In this document: positions 1-12,219 of the stretch, piece after piece
Layout: every line of letters starts with the position of its first letter
Numbering within the stretch: position 1 is the stretch's first letter
Origin: Narcine bancroftii
Lineage: Eukaryota
Direction: 5' to 3'
Length of the DNA: 64,000 nucleotides
NCBI RefSeq assembly: GCF_036971445.1
Contig: NC_091478.1
Location: forward strand, 8,742,001 to 8,806,000
The notes under the pieces: model-generated
Databases searched by the model: none
Seen by the model: the letters and a program-made list of their open reading frames with translations, nothing else
Told to the model about the DNA's origin: nothing
Made by a program: the position numbers and the translations under genes

Positions 1-16
1 CCCTTGACAAGTCACA

Positions 17-321
17 GAGAAACATAACAGAGAGAGCTTGCCTCAGACCTCCATCCCCTAAAATAAAACAAAACGATTTGATTTAGGGTCTAAAGGTAGA
101 TGACACATTTTTCTTGTTTGTTTTTCCTTTGTGTTGAAGACATTGTTTTATGGTTTTATTGTATTGTATATGTTGAATATTTATTGGTTTTGGAGGGGGG
201 TGGGAAGGGGGGAGGGAGGGAAGGGGGAAAAAGCAATTGTGTATATTTCATGAGAAACATTTGTACATATTTTGGTTGATATGGTTCACAGTGAGAAAAA
301 TAAAAAATATATATAAATAAA
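17..321 (+). mobile_element. 5'-truncated L1/Tx1-type LINE 3' end in ZRANB1 intron
   Basis: Matches the 3' ends at about 54990-55296 and 57370-57677. It has a G-rich tract and an A-rich tail, and is flanked by the direct repeat gacaagtcaca (6-16, 322-332). Confidence 0.85.
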
Positions 322-1477
322 GACAAGTCACACAGAAGTATCTCAACAAACAAGAATGATATATTGGAGAATGGAGCAACTAACATACTGGCAAAAATAG
401 AACACGATTTAAGTCATACATTCTTTCTCCAACCCTCATACTGTACTCACCTTCTGAAAGCAATTACTCCTTCCAGAGGCAGTACCAGACTTCAACAGCT
501 TACATTGCCCAATCACTGAACACAACAGATATGCAACATTGAGTGCAGAAAAGGAAAAGTGGCCTAATAATGATTAAGTGCAAGAATTCTAACTTTGTTC
601 ATTCTTTCCACAAGAAGCCCTCCATCAAAGTACTATACCTTCTGGTGATAATCAAAATTTACTTGCCAGAACCCTCTTTGACATCTTAAAAATATAAATA
701 TAAAATTTCATTTTAAATTGAAATAATTTTAAAAACTGAGTACATATCGACTATGGGTGGAAATTTAATCCTGCTTTACTTCAAATGTAAAATAGAAAAC
801 TGTTTGTGAATATGGGCACCATTGAAGGGACTTTTATAGCCTCACTCTTGGCAACCACAAGGTTGCAATTAGTTTGTTTAAAGGGCTTTCAGCATCACAC
901 CGAGGGTGCAACTAAGAAATGCAAATCAGATCATGGTGCAAGTGATCCATCGAATAACTATTACAAAACTATTAACTAAAATCAGTTTACAAATATACAC
1001 ATGGATCTAAAGTTTGAGCATACATGAAAATTTTGACACCAAAGTTCAAGAAATTTGAACATTCAATGACAAATTAGCATATCTATTATATTCATAATAC
1101 CTTTAAAATTATATCGAGATCTCAATTTGTCAAAAATTCTCATTTGCAGACAAGCACTTTCGATCACACCTGTATTTCTTGAAGAGGAGAGAATTTGAGA
1201 ACTTGTCCACTCAATTTTACCATCTTCTCAGATGTTAAGGATCAAGTGTCAGAATATGAAATATTCAGTGCTTTGTGTGAATAACGTGTCCTCTGTTAGA
1301 AAGATAGAAGCCTATTTGATTCAAAGATTTATGAGCACGTGCAATGATGCTGAATCTATGATACACGTAGCATACTATTGAGACACGTCTTCAGCAAGAT
1401 AGACATGCCAGCATAATGCACTACTTAGTCTTCTTCCTGGTGTCCTGAAGGAAGTGTAGATTTATCACAGTGAAACA

Positions 1478-1920
1478 AGAAAGTCTGCAGATGCTTGATT
1501 CTGGTTAATACACAAAAGTGCTGGAGAAACTCAAACACCGTCTAAAGGAGGCAAAGATGATTAACTCATGTTTTGGGCCTGAGCCCTCAAGGTATGAGCT
1601 AAAAGCAGGAAAGAGCCTGAATAAAAAGGTGGAGCAAGGAGGGAAGAAGGGACAGAGGAAGGAGCACAAGCCAACAAGTCACAGATGAACATGGATAGGA
1701 GCTACACTCCTGCCCCATTCAATTTTCTCTCCTGCCCTCCCATCCATGTCCAGCTACGGCCACAGCCTATGCTCCTCCATGAACCTTTTTTTAAAATTCA
1801 GATGCCTGCCTCCTCTTTGCTCATAGCTTGATGAAAGGCCCAGACCAGAAACATTGTTTACATATATTTGCCTTCTATGGGCACTTCGGGACCTGCTGAG
1901 CATCTCCAGCATTTTTGAGT
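1478..1920. mobile_element. Penelope-like-derived fold-back repeat (degenerate inverted arms)
   Basis: Arm 'aagtctgcagatgct...gtgctggagaaactca' is mirrored by 'cctgctgagcatctccagcattttt'. It carries ttgatga...gaaac at about 1828-1851. Same family as 7308-7728. Confidence 0.6.
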
Positions 1921-2621
1921 AATAACTCAAGTCATTCCATTTAGATCGAGACAGGTGATCAAGTGTCTTCTCATTTCTAGGCAAGAAAGTATTTGGCATT
2001 TTCAATCTGCAAAACAAGTATTGTTCATTCAATTTTTGTCGTAAAAGAGGACAAGGCAAAAGGGTGTTCATTACTTAAGCTGTTGTGCCTTTATAAATGG
2101 AGGTCACAAAGTGTTAACACCACTAACCTGCTAAAATGAAATTTACAAATGAATAGAGTGTTCTGCTACACTTTCCTTCGTCCAACAGCAAATAACTGGC
2201 TACCAACAATGTAGAAACACATTTTTCAAGTTACTAAAATAAAGTCATGCCCTGCTATCTGCAAATTACAGTGTTTCAAGTTTTGAAAAAAAAGCCCATG
2301 TTGGATAAAAATAAGTGGAGCCAAGTACTGCAGAACTTTGAAATTTCTTTGGAAAATGAATTCTATACTTGGAATTCATGATATTGACCTACATTAAGAA
2401 GCCCTGAACAACCCATGCACATACTTTACAACTGGAAGCAGCAAAATTATCTGACTTTTGTAATCCAAGAACAAAATTTTCTATTTAAAATATACATAGC
2501 TTACTTTATCTGCTCAACAAAATGTTCCTCAATGAATATGTAGAATTCTGCTGTTCTAAACACATTCACAATTACATAGCAAGCGCAACATTAAACAAAA
2601 TCAAGTTTATAAAAGACCCAC

Positions 2622-3438
2622 CTACACAAGCGTTGAGAAAGAGCCAATCTGATCTTTTCATTCTATTCTTTATTTGTTTGAGCCTTTTAAAATCTACATC
2701 CAACTCTCCTTGACTGCAAACAGCTCCAGGTGCAAGTTCAATCCTTTGAAAGTCCATTTTCATCTCAGTTTCAAGTTTTGGTACTGGAGGAGACCTCCTT
2801 TGGCTAATACCACTGCTGCCACTGCTCCTCCATCGAGCCCTGTCCTGTTCATTTATTAGTGAGGAAGCTTCTTCTGTTTCTGCAAATTCAATTGCTTCCA
2901 AATTGTTCGGTCTAGGATAGTCACAGACTGCACACTTCCGAGATTTGGGGCAGTTCTCATATGTGCAAGCTGCACAGATCCAGTGCAGTGCTTTTGTATT
3001 TAGTCTGTTTCTGTCATTGTACTCTTCGCAAGAGTCCTGAGAAGCCTGAACTGGTCTTGAAATACCATCAGATGATTGAGGAGAGTCTGCAGGACTTCTG
3101 GTCCGACGCTGAGACAGACACTGAGTGCATCTTATTGCTCTTGGCCAATTCAAGTAAGTACACATGTGGCATGACCACTTGCTAGCACTTTCTGAATTAT
3201 AGGAGGATTTAACCCTTGGTCTAGCACTGGTGTCTGGACAAATCAAAGGGCATGTGCCACTTTCAATACTTGCAGTATCCCAATCTTGATTCAGATCACT
3301 TGAGCTGCCTCGGATTGGATCTTCAGTAATTATAGTGCCATTAGGTCTTGATGCACGACACATAGTGCATTTGATTGTAGATGGCCAATTTTCATACGTG
3401 CAGTATTCACAGGCCCACTTTATTCCATAATCAGTCAT
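2622..3438 (-). CDS. ZRANB1: Ubiquitin thioesterase ZRANB1/TRABID, first coding exon (three NZF zinc fingers); gene continues off the left edge
   Basis: MTDYGIKWACEYCTYENWPSTIKCTMC...KWSCHMCTYLNWPRAIRCTQC...WICAACTYENCPKSRKCAVC...DWLFLNACV matches TRABID. In-frame stops lie upstream of ATG 3438. Acceptor ttttgcAG at 3483-3482; donor G|GTGGGT after 2622. Confidence 0.97.
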
Positions 3439-3556
3439 TGTTGCCCACACCTAGCATCAGTTTCCAATGCAGGACAAGAGGCTGCAAAAATTAAAACGAA
3501 CAATTATTAATAGAGACTTCCTGCCATACCATCCCATTAAACAAACATTATAATGC

Positions 3557-3770
3557 TGGTGGCACGGTTAACGTAGCAATTAGCATAATGCTATTACAGC
3601 GTCAGCATCCCAGGTTCAAATCCGGACCTGTCTGTAAGGAGTTTGTATGTTCTCTCCATGTCTACGTGGGTTTCCTCCAAGTGCTCTGGTTTCATCCCAC
3701 CCTTTAAAACGTGCATTGTAGATTACTTGGGATATTTAGGCTGCACGAGTTCGTGGGTCAGAAGGGTAGA
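3557..3770 (+). mobile_element. tRNA-derived V-SINE-like element
   Basis: A/B-box-like head (ggtggcacggttaacgtagc...ggttcaaatcc) and V-domain-like core 'gtctgtaaggagtttgtatgttctc...cgtgggtttcctcc'. Its tail appears to resume at about 3968-4010. Confidence 0.75.
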
Positions 3771-3892
3771 GGTAAAGGTTCCATTAATGTCACATAATTC
3801 TACATTTAGAATGCAACATACATGAAATTCTTTAACACTGTCTACCGTAAAGAAGTCAGACACCACTTTGTCCAGCACCCCTCACAGAAATG

Positions 3893-3966
3893 AGGCCCCA
3901 GCAAGGAACAAACTCACAACCACTGGTTAACAAGACCAGTGCTCTAACCACAGAGTTATTGGACCC
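3893..3966 (-). pseudogene. Degenerate tRNA-Thr(UGU)-like sequence, probably a SINE head
   Basis: Reverse complement gggtccaataactctgtggttagagcactggtcTTGTtaaccagtggttgtgagtttgttccttgctggggcct closely follows vertebrate tRNA-Thr(TGT). The T-loop/B-box is mutated. Confidence 0.75.
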
Positions 3967-6299
3967 TCCCATGCTGTATATCTAAATTTAAAGTTTTAAA
4001 ATTTTAAACTTAATGAATATTGCACCTCAATAATGAATGGCAATATTTTTAAAAAAACCTTTTTCGAAGAAACTTTGCAGTTCACACCACAATTTTCAAG
4101 TCCAGGCACACCTCTTGCTCCTTTTCCACAATCAATTTTGTTGACTTTAAAAGCTGAATATTTTATTTATAAATTAATATGGTATCAATTTTTAAAAGTG
4201 ATTATCAATTTCTTATAATACAAGGCGAAACTATGGGGAACTAGTTCATTGACTTCCCACAACCATGCCCATTGTTTGGATTTACCAAAGACAATAAAAT
4301 GCATTCACTTTTACTTTAACTGTATATGACAGAGTTAATGTTACAGTAATAATACTACTCCATGAATCCTAACCAATTAACTATATTGGATATATACTGG
4401 ACTAGAAAACATTAAAATACATGGCAGTTTCAGAAATAGAGTCAAGTTTGTAGTAAAAGTGACCCAAGAATGATAAACAAGAGCCTCATACGTGCAAGAC
4501 TTAACATCAGACTTGGTAACTTAAGGATCTGCTGCACAGAGCTATAAATCTGTACAAAAGTTTAAATTCTCCACATACAATTAGTACGGAGATGTTTTCC
4601 AATCTAAAATTTACTCAATTCTTACATTACATGAATTCAAATTACCCAATTTTATAGATATGACTGGAAGTATTTGACATGTTCATAAATTGTATAAGAA
4701 AAACAAGATTTTTTTTTCCTACTACAATTCCTATTTAAAAAATTAGAAACCCAATTTCTGTTCCTAGGAATAGGTAAATGTCTGTGGCATGAATGTGCTT
4801 TTATCTAGTTTACACTGTCCCCGTATTCTATTAATTAACTGAAAAACAAGTTTTTCTACTTCTCCCAACAAGCTAAACATTGCTAACATTTGCTCCTTGC
4901 ATTACATGAAATCATAGAAGGCATCTTACAATTACAAATAACAGTCAAAATTAGAAACAAGAGTGTAACAATACTTGACAGTCAGAATATTGGATACTTT
5001 CAAAGTATTTTTGAAAACAAAAATCACTTCTAAAAATGATTTTTCTGTGGATATGAATATCTCACTCCTAGTGAGCAGTAAGCGCAATAAGGTTCCACTT
5101 CAGCTATTCACGACAAGATTCAACACAAACTTTAAAAAAGTAATCTGCCAATAGCAATAAAATGGACTTGCATGAGAACAGTAAAATTAATTTTAAAAAC
5201 TAGCCCATATTCAAAATTATCATGTTCCAAAATGCCACAGACCAACCTTGGGAATCTGTAAAATTTCTGATTTCTATGAAAATAATTTTAAGATGTAAAC
5301 ATGTTAAAATGGTTCGTTTTACCCAAACAAATTCAAGTCATTTGTGATTTCCAAATGTAAAGATTTAAATTGGAGAGCTAAAAAATTAGCAGACCATACT
5401 AATACAATAAAACTTCACGTGATGATTCATCAAACACTGAACAAATGAAAGGTGCAATTCTGAATACTGTATTTGATTTTAAAAAATCTAGCCCCAAAAC
5501 CAAAAATTTTGAAACACTGTAATAAGCACTGGGTTTCCAAAAAAAAGTTGCATATTTGCATGAACGAAAACACTACGAGATCAAAATATTGGTGAAATGT
5601 CAAACATTTTACACTACTTCCATTACATGTGACTGTTGCAACAGGAGTCATGGCAACACCATTGCACTATGAATGAAACAACTCACTGCACATTAGGAAC
5701 TACCTGTCCATTACCGCATATATTTGGAGATCTACCAAATTGCATCAATTTAAAAGGGCTCAGGAGCAGATTAAGGTTTAGCAAAATGATTTACTAGATT
5801 ACAATTTTATAGACATGACCAAGAAAACCCACAAGTGATAATAAAGCACCATTTCTGAACAAAAATTAGAAACGGAATGGCAGGTAATCGGGGGAGCTTG
5901 AGAGATTGAATCGAGATGGCTTTGTAATCCAATGGCAGTCACAAAAACGAAGTGCCTCGTTTGGCTGGCGAGTGCCCATCCCAAACCTGATGCCCTATTC
6001 TTTTGAGAGAAGTAAACCATAAACGTGACATCTTGCCTGGAGGAAATGCAGTTGTCGAAGAACTCCACGTCGGAGGAAAAGAAATGTATGTAAGCTGAAA
6101 GGCTCCTAGATTTGGATTTCCAAAGAACAGTGCGGCGACTTGGTCGAGCATAAAAGTGTCTCGCGTAAAAACTTGGCGAGATCACAACTCCGAACCACGA
6201 ACTTCTCACAACTTGTTTGAGCCCACGACTAAGTTGCCACATGAACCGGACTTTGTTCTCGTTTGCTCTCGGAGCGCAATTGAAAGCAGCTCCGACCTC

Positions 6300-7100
6300 C
6301 AGAACGCGCACGGGCTGCGGGTTTGACTGACCGTCAGTTACCTCATTCCAGCTCCCGGGCGCCGGCCTCGCGTCCAGCTGCGCTGGGGCTGCACCTCCAC
6401 GCCGCCCGCCGCATCGCTCGTTACCTGACGTTTGGGTTCGGGTCACGCAAGCAACAGACCTGCTCCTCCGCGCACTCTCGCTCTCCTTCGACTCGCCGCC
6501 GCTCCAGTCGGTTCCCCCCCCCTCCCCCCCAAACCCCCGCTGCCCCCCGCTCTTTTCTTTACATGGTGGCCGGGTCAAATGAAAACCCCGCTCGCAGCCA
6601 TCGCTCCGTCCGACCGGCGACTTCCGGCTTTCACCTGCTTCTTCCCCCCCCCCCCCGCCCGCCCCCACCACACCCCCTCCTCCTCCTCCCCCCCCCCCCT
6701 AACCTCTCTCTTTTTTTTATGACATTTTCCTTCACTCTTCTCCGCTCGACTCTAATGGCGACGGCAAAGACAACACAAGACAAAGTTTGCTGGGATATTT
6801 AAAACGTCACGTCGCACCTCTCGCCCGCATCCTCCTGCGATTGGGCGACGCTCCTCCTCGAGCGGAGGACCAATCAGAAAAGTTGTCCTTGGTGTTTTGG
6901 AATGGACGTCACCTCAAGTTACCAAGCTCCGGCGGCGCCGCGTCAACCAGATGAAAGGTCGGGGAGGACAAGCGGGCGGTCACGTGGGGCTGCCCAACTC
7001 GGAGTTGGATTGGACGGCGATGACATCACGCAGTTGGTGGGGACGCGTGCACCGTTGGTCAGAGGAGGAAAGTTTGTGGGAAGAGGGAGAAAGTTGTGAC
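6300..7100. promoter_or_regulatory. CpG island and TATA-less promoter of ZRANB1
   Basis: High CpG density. CCAAT boxes in both orientations (about 6840, 6870, 7009), CRE-like (g/a)acgtcac (about 6803, 6905) and E-box cacgtg (6981-6986). Confidence 0.7.
6425..6800 (-). other. ZRANB1: Putative non-coding first exon (5' leader) of ZRANB1
   Basis: Lies in a CpG-rich island upstream of the coding exon. Consensus donor CAG|GTAACG after 6425 and a second donor GAG|GTAACT after 6342. The 5' boundary is a guess. Confidence 0.6.
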
Positions 7101-7307
7101 TCACTCACCCAGGATCTCACGGAACAACTGATTTCCAGTTGGTTGCTCGCTTGTGAAGGCAAGCTATCGCAATGGGATGGGGATGGGGAACAAGGACCAT
7201 TTTGTTTATTTAATGTTATTTTATTTTCTCCTTTATAAAAAATATATTTCTGGAAACTAAAGACGAGCAATGGGAAATATAAAATGCTGGAAATACTCGT
7301 CAATCAC

Positions 7308-7728
7308 AAAACTCTGCAGACACCGTGGTTGGAGTAAAAACACACAAAGATGCTGGAGAAAGCTCAGCAGGTCCAACAGTGTCCTTTATGGAGCAAAGGT
7401 AAAGATACAGCACCGACGTTTCAGGCTGGAGCCCTTCATCAAAGTGTGAGAAAATGTCGGCAGGTGTCCGAACAAAAGGGAGGGAGGGGAGAGAGGGGGT
7501 GGCAAAGGCAAGCGGGGGAAGTAACAGCATGTATGAGGGAGGGAAGGGATGGCTAAGTGGACAGAAGAACTGGAAAGATACTCTTTTGTCTGGACGCCTG
7601 CTGGCATTTTCTCACACTTTGATGATGGGCTCCAGCCTGTAACGTCGGTTCTGTATCTTTACCTTTGCTCCATAAAGGACACTGTTTGGCCTGCTGAGCT
7701 TCTCCAGCATTTTGTGTTTTTTTTACTC
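7308..7728. mobile_element. Penelope-like-derived fold-back element with about 150-bp inverted arms
   Basis: 7332-7479 is the near reverse complement of 7583-7728, with a purine-rich spacer between them. Confidence 0.75.
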
Positions 7729-9159
7729 ATTAAGTCAGGAGGATGTATCCATGGAGAGAAAGAGAAAACGAATGGGACAAGTCATGACAATGTGTGCAAA
7801 AGCGTAACTAACACTTTACAAAATATGCTGGAGAAACTTAGTGGATGAAACTACATCAATAGGAGAAAAAGAATGGTCAACATTTTGAGCCGATATCCTT
7901 TATCGAGACGTATTTCCCAACCGATCCGCTCCCCCTTCTATTGATGCTGCAAGTTTAATTCACACAGATTATATACATCTTCAGATTTCAGTATGTTGAT
8001 AGATCCCACATTTTCTTTTCTCTCCATTCTCATTCATCACCTTCTAATTATATTCTATTCGGAAAGATCAGGTCTGATTCACTACCATTTTTTAACTAGC
8101 ACTAGCTACTCTTTGTGCCTTCCATTCGATCTTGGTGTCAACTCCAGTGCAAATATTCTCTTTGTTCTCCCTATCCCTGCTCTTTAACATAAAAGATGTT
8201 TGATTTCTAATTATCCTTATTTCTGATTAACATCAGCAGCTGGAAACAAATTTGATTTTTTTTAAATCTCACTGGACCTGCAGAACATGTAATGAATTTT
8301 CATTTTTATTATGGTGCTTTGTATCCCTTAGAGTGTGAGCTGTCACAAAGTGATAGCAATTCCCATCTGCGTCTGAAGAGTTAAAAGCTACCTTTGGTGA
8401 AATGAACACATAATTGAACAGTACACTACCAAAAAAGCATTGCACCACAGTAATTGCTCAGTTTTCATAGAAGGTGTTAAACTAAGATCCCATATATCCT
8501 CCTCTAAGTGCTAAAGAGAGACTTTTGTCACAATGTAATCATACCAAGTAGATGATCCAGTTATTAACCTCTATTACAATTTGTGGGAATTTTCTATAGC
8601 ATTTGCTGTTGCTCTATCTACATTACAAAAATACTTAATTGCTTTTAAAAAGCACTTTCTGATGTCCTAAGGGATGAAGAGCTTTATACAAATATAGGAT
8701 TCTCCTTCTTTCAGTCAAACATTGCAGATGTCATGAAAATATGCAGAAATTGAATCATGATTTTGATTGAGAGAAAAAAAGATTATTTGTGAATCCTTTG
8801 TCATCAGATGGATAATTTTCCAACCAAAATCACACAGAATCCTTTTTGCTTAATTCCATACATTACAGCCAAAGGACACCTTTTAAATATACTCAAAAGC
8901 TAACATGCCAGATTCAGCACATTGCCTTGCATTGTTCAAATTTACGTTTATTATTAAATGGATGAAATGGTGTTCTTCGGTCCTCCGTTTAAAAACAGGC
9001 AAACACATGTATATAGACATGGCACACATATCAGAATCAAGATATATTGTCAGGAACATGAAATCTGGAGTTTTCTGGCAGCATCATCGTGCAAACATAT
9101 ATTATTAGCCACATTTACAAATAATTTATATGCAGTACATATATAAAAATAAATCAATA

Positions 9160-9610
9160 ATAAGGGTTGTATGAGCCTGTGGGAAGAAACTTTTTTTCAG
9201 CCTGGTGTTTCTGGCTCTGATACTTCTGTATCTTTTTCCTGATGGGAATAGCTGGAAGATGTGTGGGAGATGATAGAATCCTTAATGATTTTACAAACTC
9301 TCTTCAGACAATGATCCCAGTAGATCACGTCAATGGTGGGAGGGAGACCCCAGTGATCCTCTCTGACCTCCAATCCAATGCTCTACAACGACTATACCAC
9401 ACTGTGATACAGCCAGGAGGCTCTCGAATAGAGCTCCTGTAGAAAGTTGACAGAATGGTAGAGTGTTGTGTGTCCAGGATAGGTCTCTACTTAAGTGGAC
9501 TCCCTACTCTCTCCTACAGAGTTATTGATGTGCAATGAATGGTTGTCATCCCTAGCCCTCCGAAAATCTACAATCGTCTCTTTTGTCTTATCCACAATGA
9601 GACTCAGTTG
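9160..9610 (-). mobile_element. Degenerate LINE remnant (L2/Rex-like)
   Basis: Resembles the remnants at about 23100-23900 and 59030-59215 ('gaccccagtgatc'). No intact ORF. Confidence 0.45.
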
Positions 9611-10259
9611 ACAATTATTCACCTACATTGTTTTGCTGCAGATGTGCAAGTCCAATCATCCTGGGTCTTATGATGCTGGAGTCAGGCAACTAAGACCACA
9701 GCTGCAACACAGCTTCAGCAGATATATTGCTGAGATCTGTCTTATAAATGCACTGACAGGCTTTAAGATAGGACAAGGCAGGACCCAGTCTCTTCTCCAA
9801 TCCCAATCAAAATTTCCGAGGCTTTATAAATGTCTTTGATGTTCAAAGATATTTTTAAACTTTTAAATTGTTTTAAATAAATGAAGGTGTAAAATAGTTT
9901 TATCACATTGACACTAATAAATAATGAAAAATATTTTTTTAAATTATGCTAAATTTAGCTTTCTAATTGCCAGTCAGTAAACATCAGATCTGACATTTGT
10001 AGGATGGCACAGGCACGATTACTCATTAATTTCTATTTGTTACATTGGTCTAGGGCTTGCTTATCTGGGTGACATTATTTATAGTTGGCGTCACCTGTCA
10101 CAACTGGCTTGATCTGGCTTATTAATTGTTGTCAACTCCCTTAACCTTACTACCTGGTCTTTTTTTATTAACATTGGAGTTCTTTCAGTCCCCTCGAATT
10201 ATTGTGATATATCAACATTAAGTCCCTGTTTAGCCAGCAAATACCCTTAAGGAAGAGTC

Positions 10260-10930
10260 AGATGGAAAAACATACAATGCAGATCCACAGATCCCATAGC
10301 TGTCTTGACATTACAGGCTCCCACCCCTCTTCTGATAAAGAAACACCTTCAGAGAGTTCATCTCTAACTCTTCCTTCTTGGATATCTATATATCTAGGGA
10401 TCATCAAGTCATACATTACTTACAAGTCCACAGACTTCCAGATACCTTGAGTATACTTCCTCACATACGGTCTCTTGCAAGGACTCCATTTCAGTGAACC
10501 AGTTCATCAGTCTGTGTTATATTTGTTCAGGTAATTAGATGTGCGTCACAAGGCCACTGAAATGCCTCCTTCCTGAACTGTAGATTCCCCTGCGTCATAA
10601 TTGACACATTTCCCATACCTTTGCTCTCATCCCCTCTCCTAGACAGAGTATGGGCAGAGCATTCTTGGTCATCACCTTCCACGCTACCAGCCATTCAACA
10701 GATAATCCTTTGCAATTTCAACCAGCTCCAACAAGATTCCAATACGAGACACACGTTTTCTTTCAGCATTTCATACAGACAGTTCATGATTCCTTTGCCT
10801 ACTCACAACCAAACACTCTCCTTCATATGAAACATTGGAGTCGCAACATCTGTTCTTTCACTTTTTCGCACACTGGATCCAGGGATACAGTCTTCTTAGG
10901 CAAAGAGACAATTCATTTGGAATCCAATGA
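10260..10930 (+). mobile_element. Penelope-like element ORF remnant
   Basis: Broken frames read 'FLVITFH' and 'IQQIILCNFNQLQQDSNTRHTF', typical of the region between RT and GIY-YIG in Penelope-like elements. Confidence 0.5.
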
Positions 10931-10934
10931 ATTA

Positions 10935-11270
10935 AAATAAGTTTTAGGAATGAAAATTGGTAAAACTTGAAACATTTACAAAAATTTTGGTAGAATGTTC
11001 ATTTTAATTGCATTAATATGTCCAATAATTGTCATACATAAGGGCGAACATCCTGACAACAACACTTTAATCCAGTTAATTAATCCTGAAAATTTTTCTT
11101 TCAATAAGTCTTTTAACTATTTTAGAAGGAAAATTAGTATAGAGTGCTGAAGGCCCTTTTATGGGTAGTAATTCACTCTTAGGAAAATTTATTTTTTTAC
11201 CCCGAAAAGAGACTAAATTGGGCAAACAAATAGACTTGGTAAAGAAATCTCAGGATTGGAAATAAAAAGC
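10935..11270 (-). mobile_element. Old L1 ORF2 fragment
   Basis: The minus strand reads TIIGHINAIKMNILPKFL*MFQVLPIFIPK, the L1 ORF2 post-RT motif. Confidence 0.6.
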
Positions 11271-12219
11271 AAGAGATCATCTGCATATAAGGAGACTTTA
11301 TGTTTGATTCCCTTCCTAATTATACTTCTAAAATCTCTATTTCATGCAGAGCAGCTACTAAAGGTTCCATACTCAAGAGTAAAGGGCTTAAGGGGCCACC
11401 TTGTCGAGTTCCCCTGTGAAAGCATTTATTTCTTACAGATGCTGCATGACTTGCTGAGTTTCTCCAGCACTTTTGTGTATTGCACTCAACCCTAGTGTCT
11501 GCAGACTTTCCTAATTAATAGACATAAAATTAAATTTTGGGGCTCTTTGCCAAACAAGATAGCGTACCATGAGAAATTCATATATTTAAAATTGATGGTG
11601 CTGTTGAAGATCAACTACAATTCCACGCTAGGTTACACAAATCTATCATCGACCCAACAAATCTTAAACAAATCCCAGTAAGATATTTCCAGGAAGAATC
11701 ACTTTACCCAATCTCATCCTTTGACTGCAAGAATCAAAGAAAACAAGCAAACTCGTTCTCAAGAGCACCCATGCCACACCAAGCTTCTCACTCATAATTT
11801 GGGTCCAGATGTCCTCTGAGTTACCTGGCCTGAATAACTTGCCTTAAAGTTGGTTAGCCTTTCTTTGAAGAACTTGCCTCTTTAAACTTACTTCTTTGGG
11901 AAGGTCTTTGAATACCACTTCTAATCGGGCCTTGAGCTGGTGTCCGCATTTGATGATTATTTATTTGCATTGATTGGAACAGTTTACGATGTAAAGTTAA
12001 GAGTAAGAAACAAAAGTCTGCAAAGATTTAATTGCAGTAAAAGCACACAGGCATGCTGGAGGAACTCAGCCAGTCTTGTAGAATACATAGATTACCAATA
12101 TCTCAGGTCTTAGCCCTTCTTCGAGGAAGAAGAACAGGAAGGCGTCAAAATAAAGACAAAACTGGCTGGAGGAGGAGTCCCAGATAACAAAAGGCGTCAA
12201 TTGGATAAGAGGAGAGGTG

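Noticed and set aside
3893-3966. Functional tRNA-Thr gene
   Set aside because: The T-loop GTTCG is mutated to gtttgt, the D-stem is weakened, and it sits within repeat context.
5799-7303. Several 96-290 aa ORFs over the ZRANB1 CpG island
   Set aside because: Low-complexity GC-rich translations with no domain similarity.
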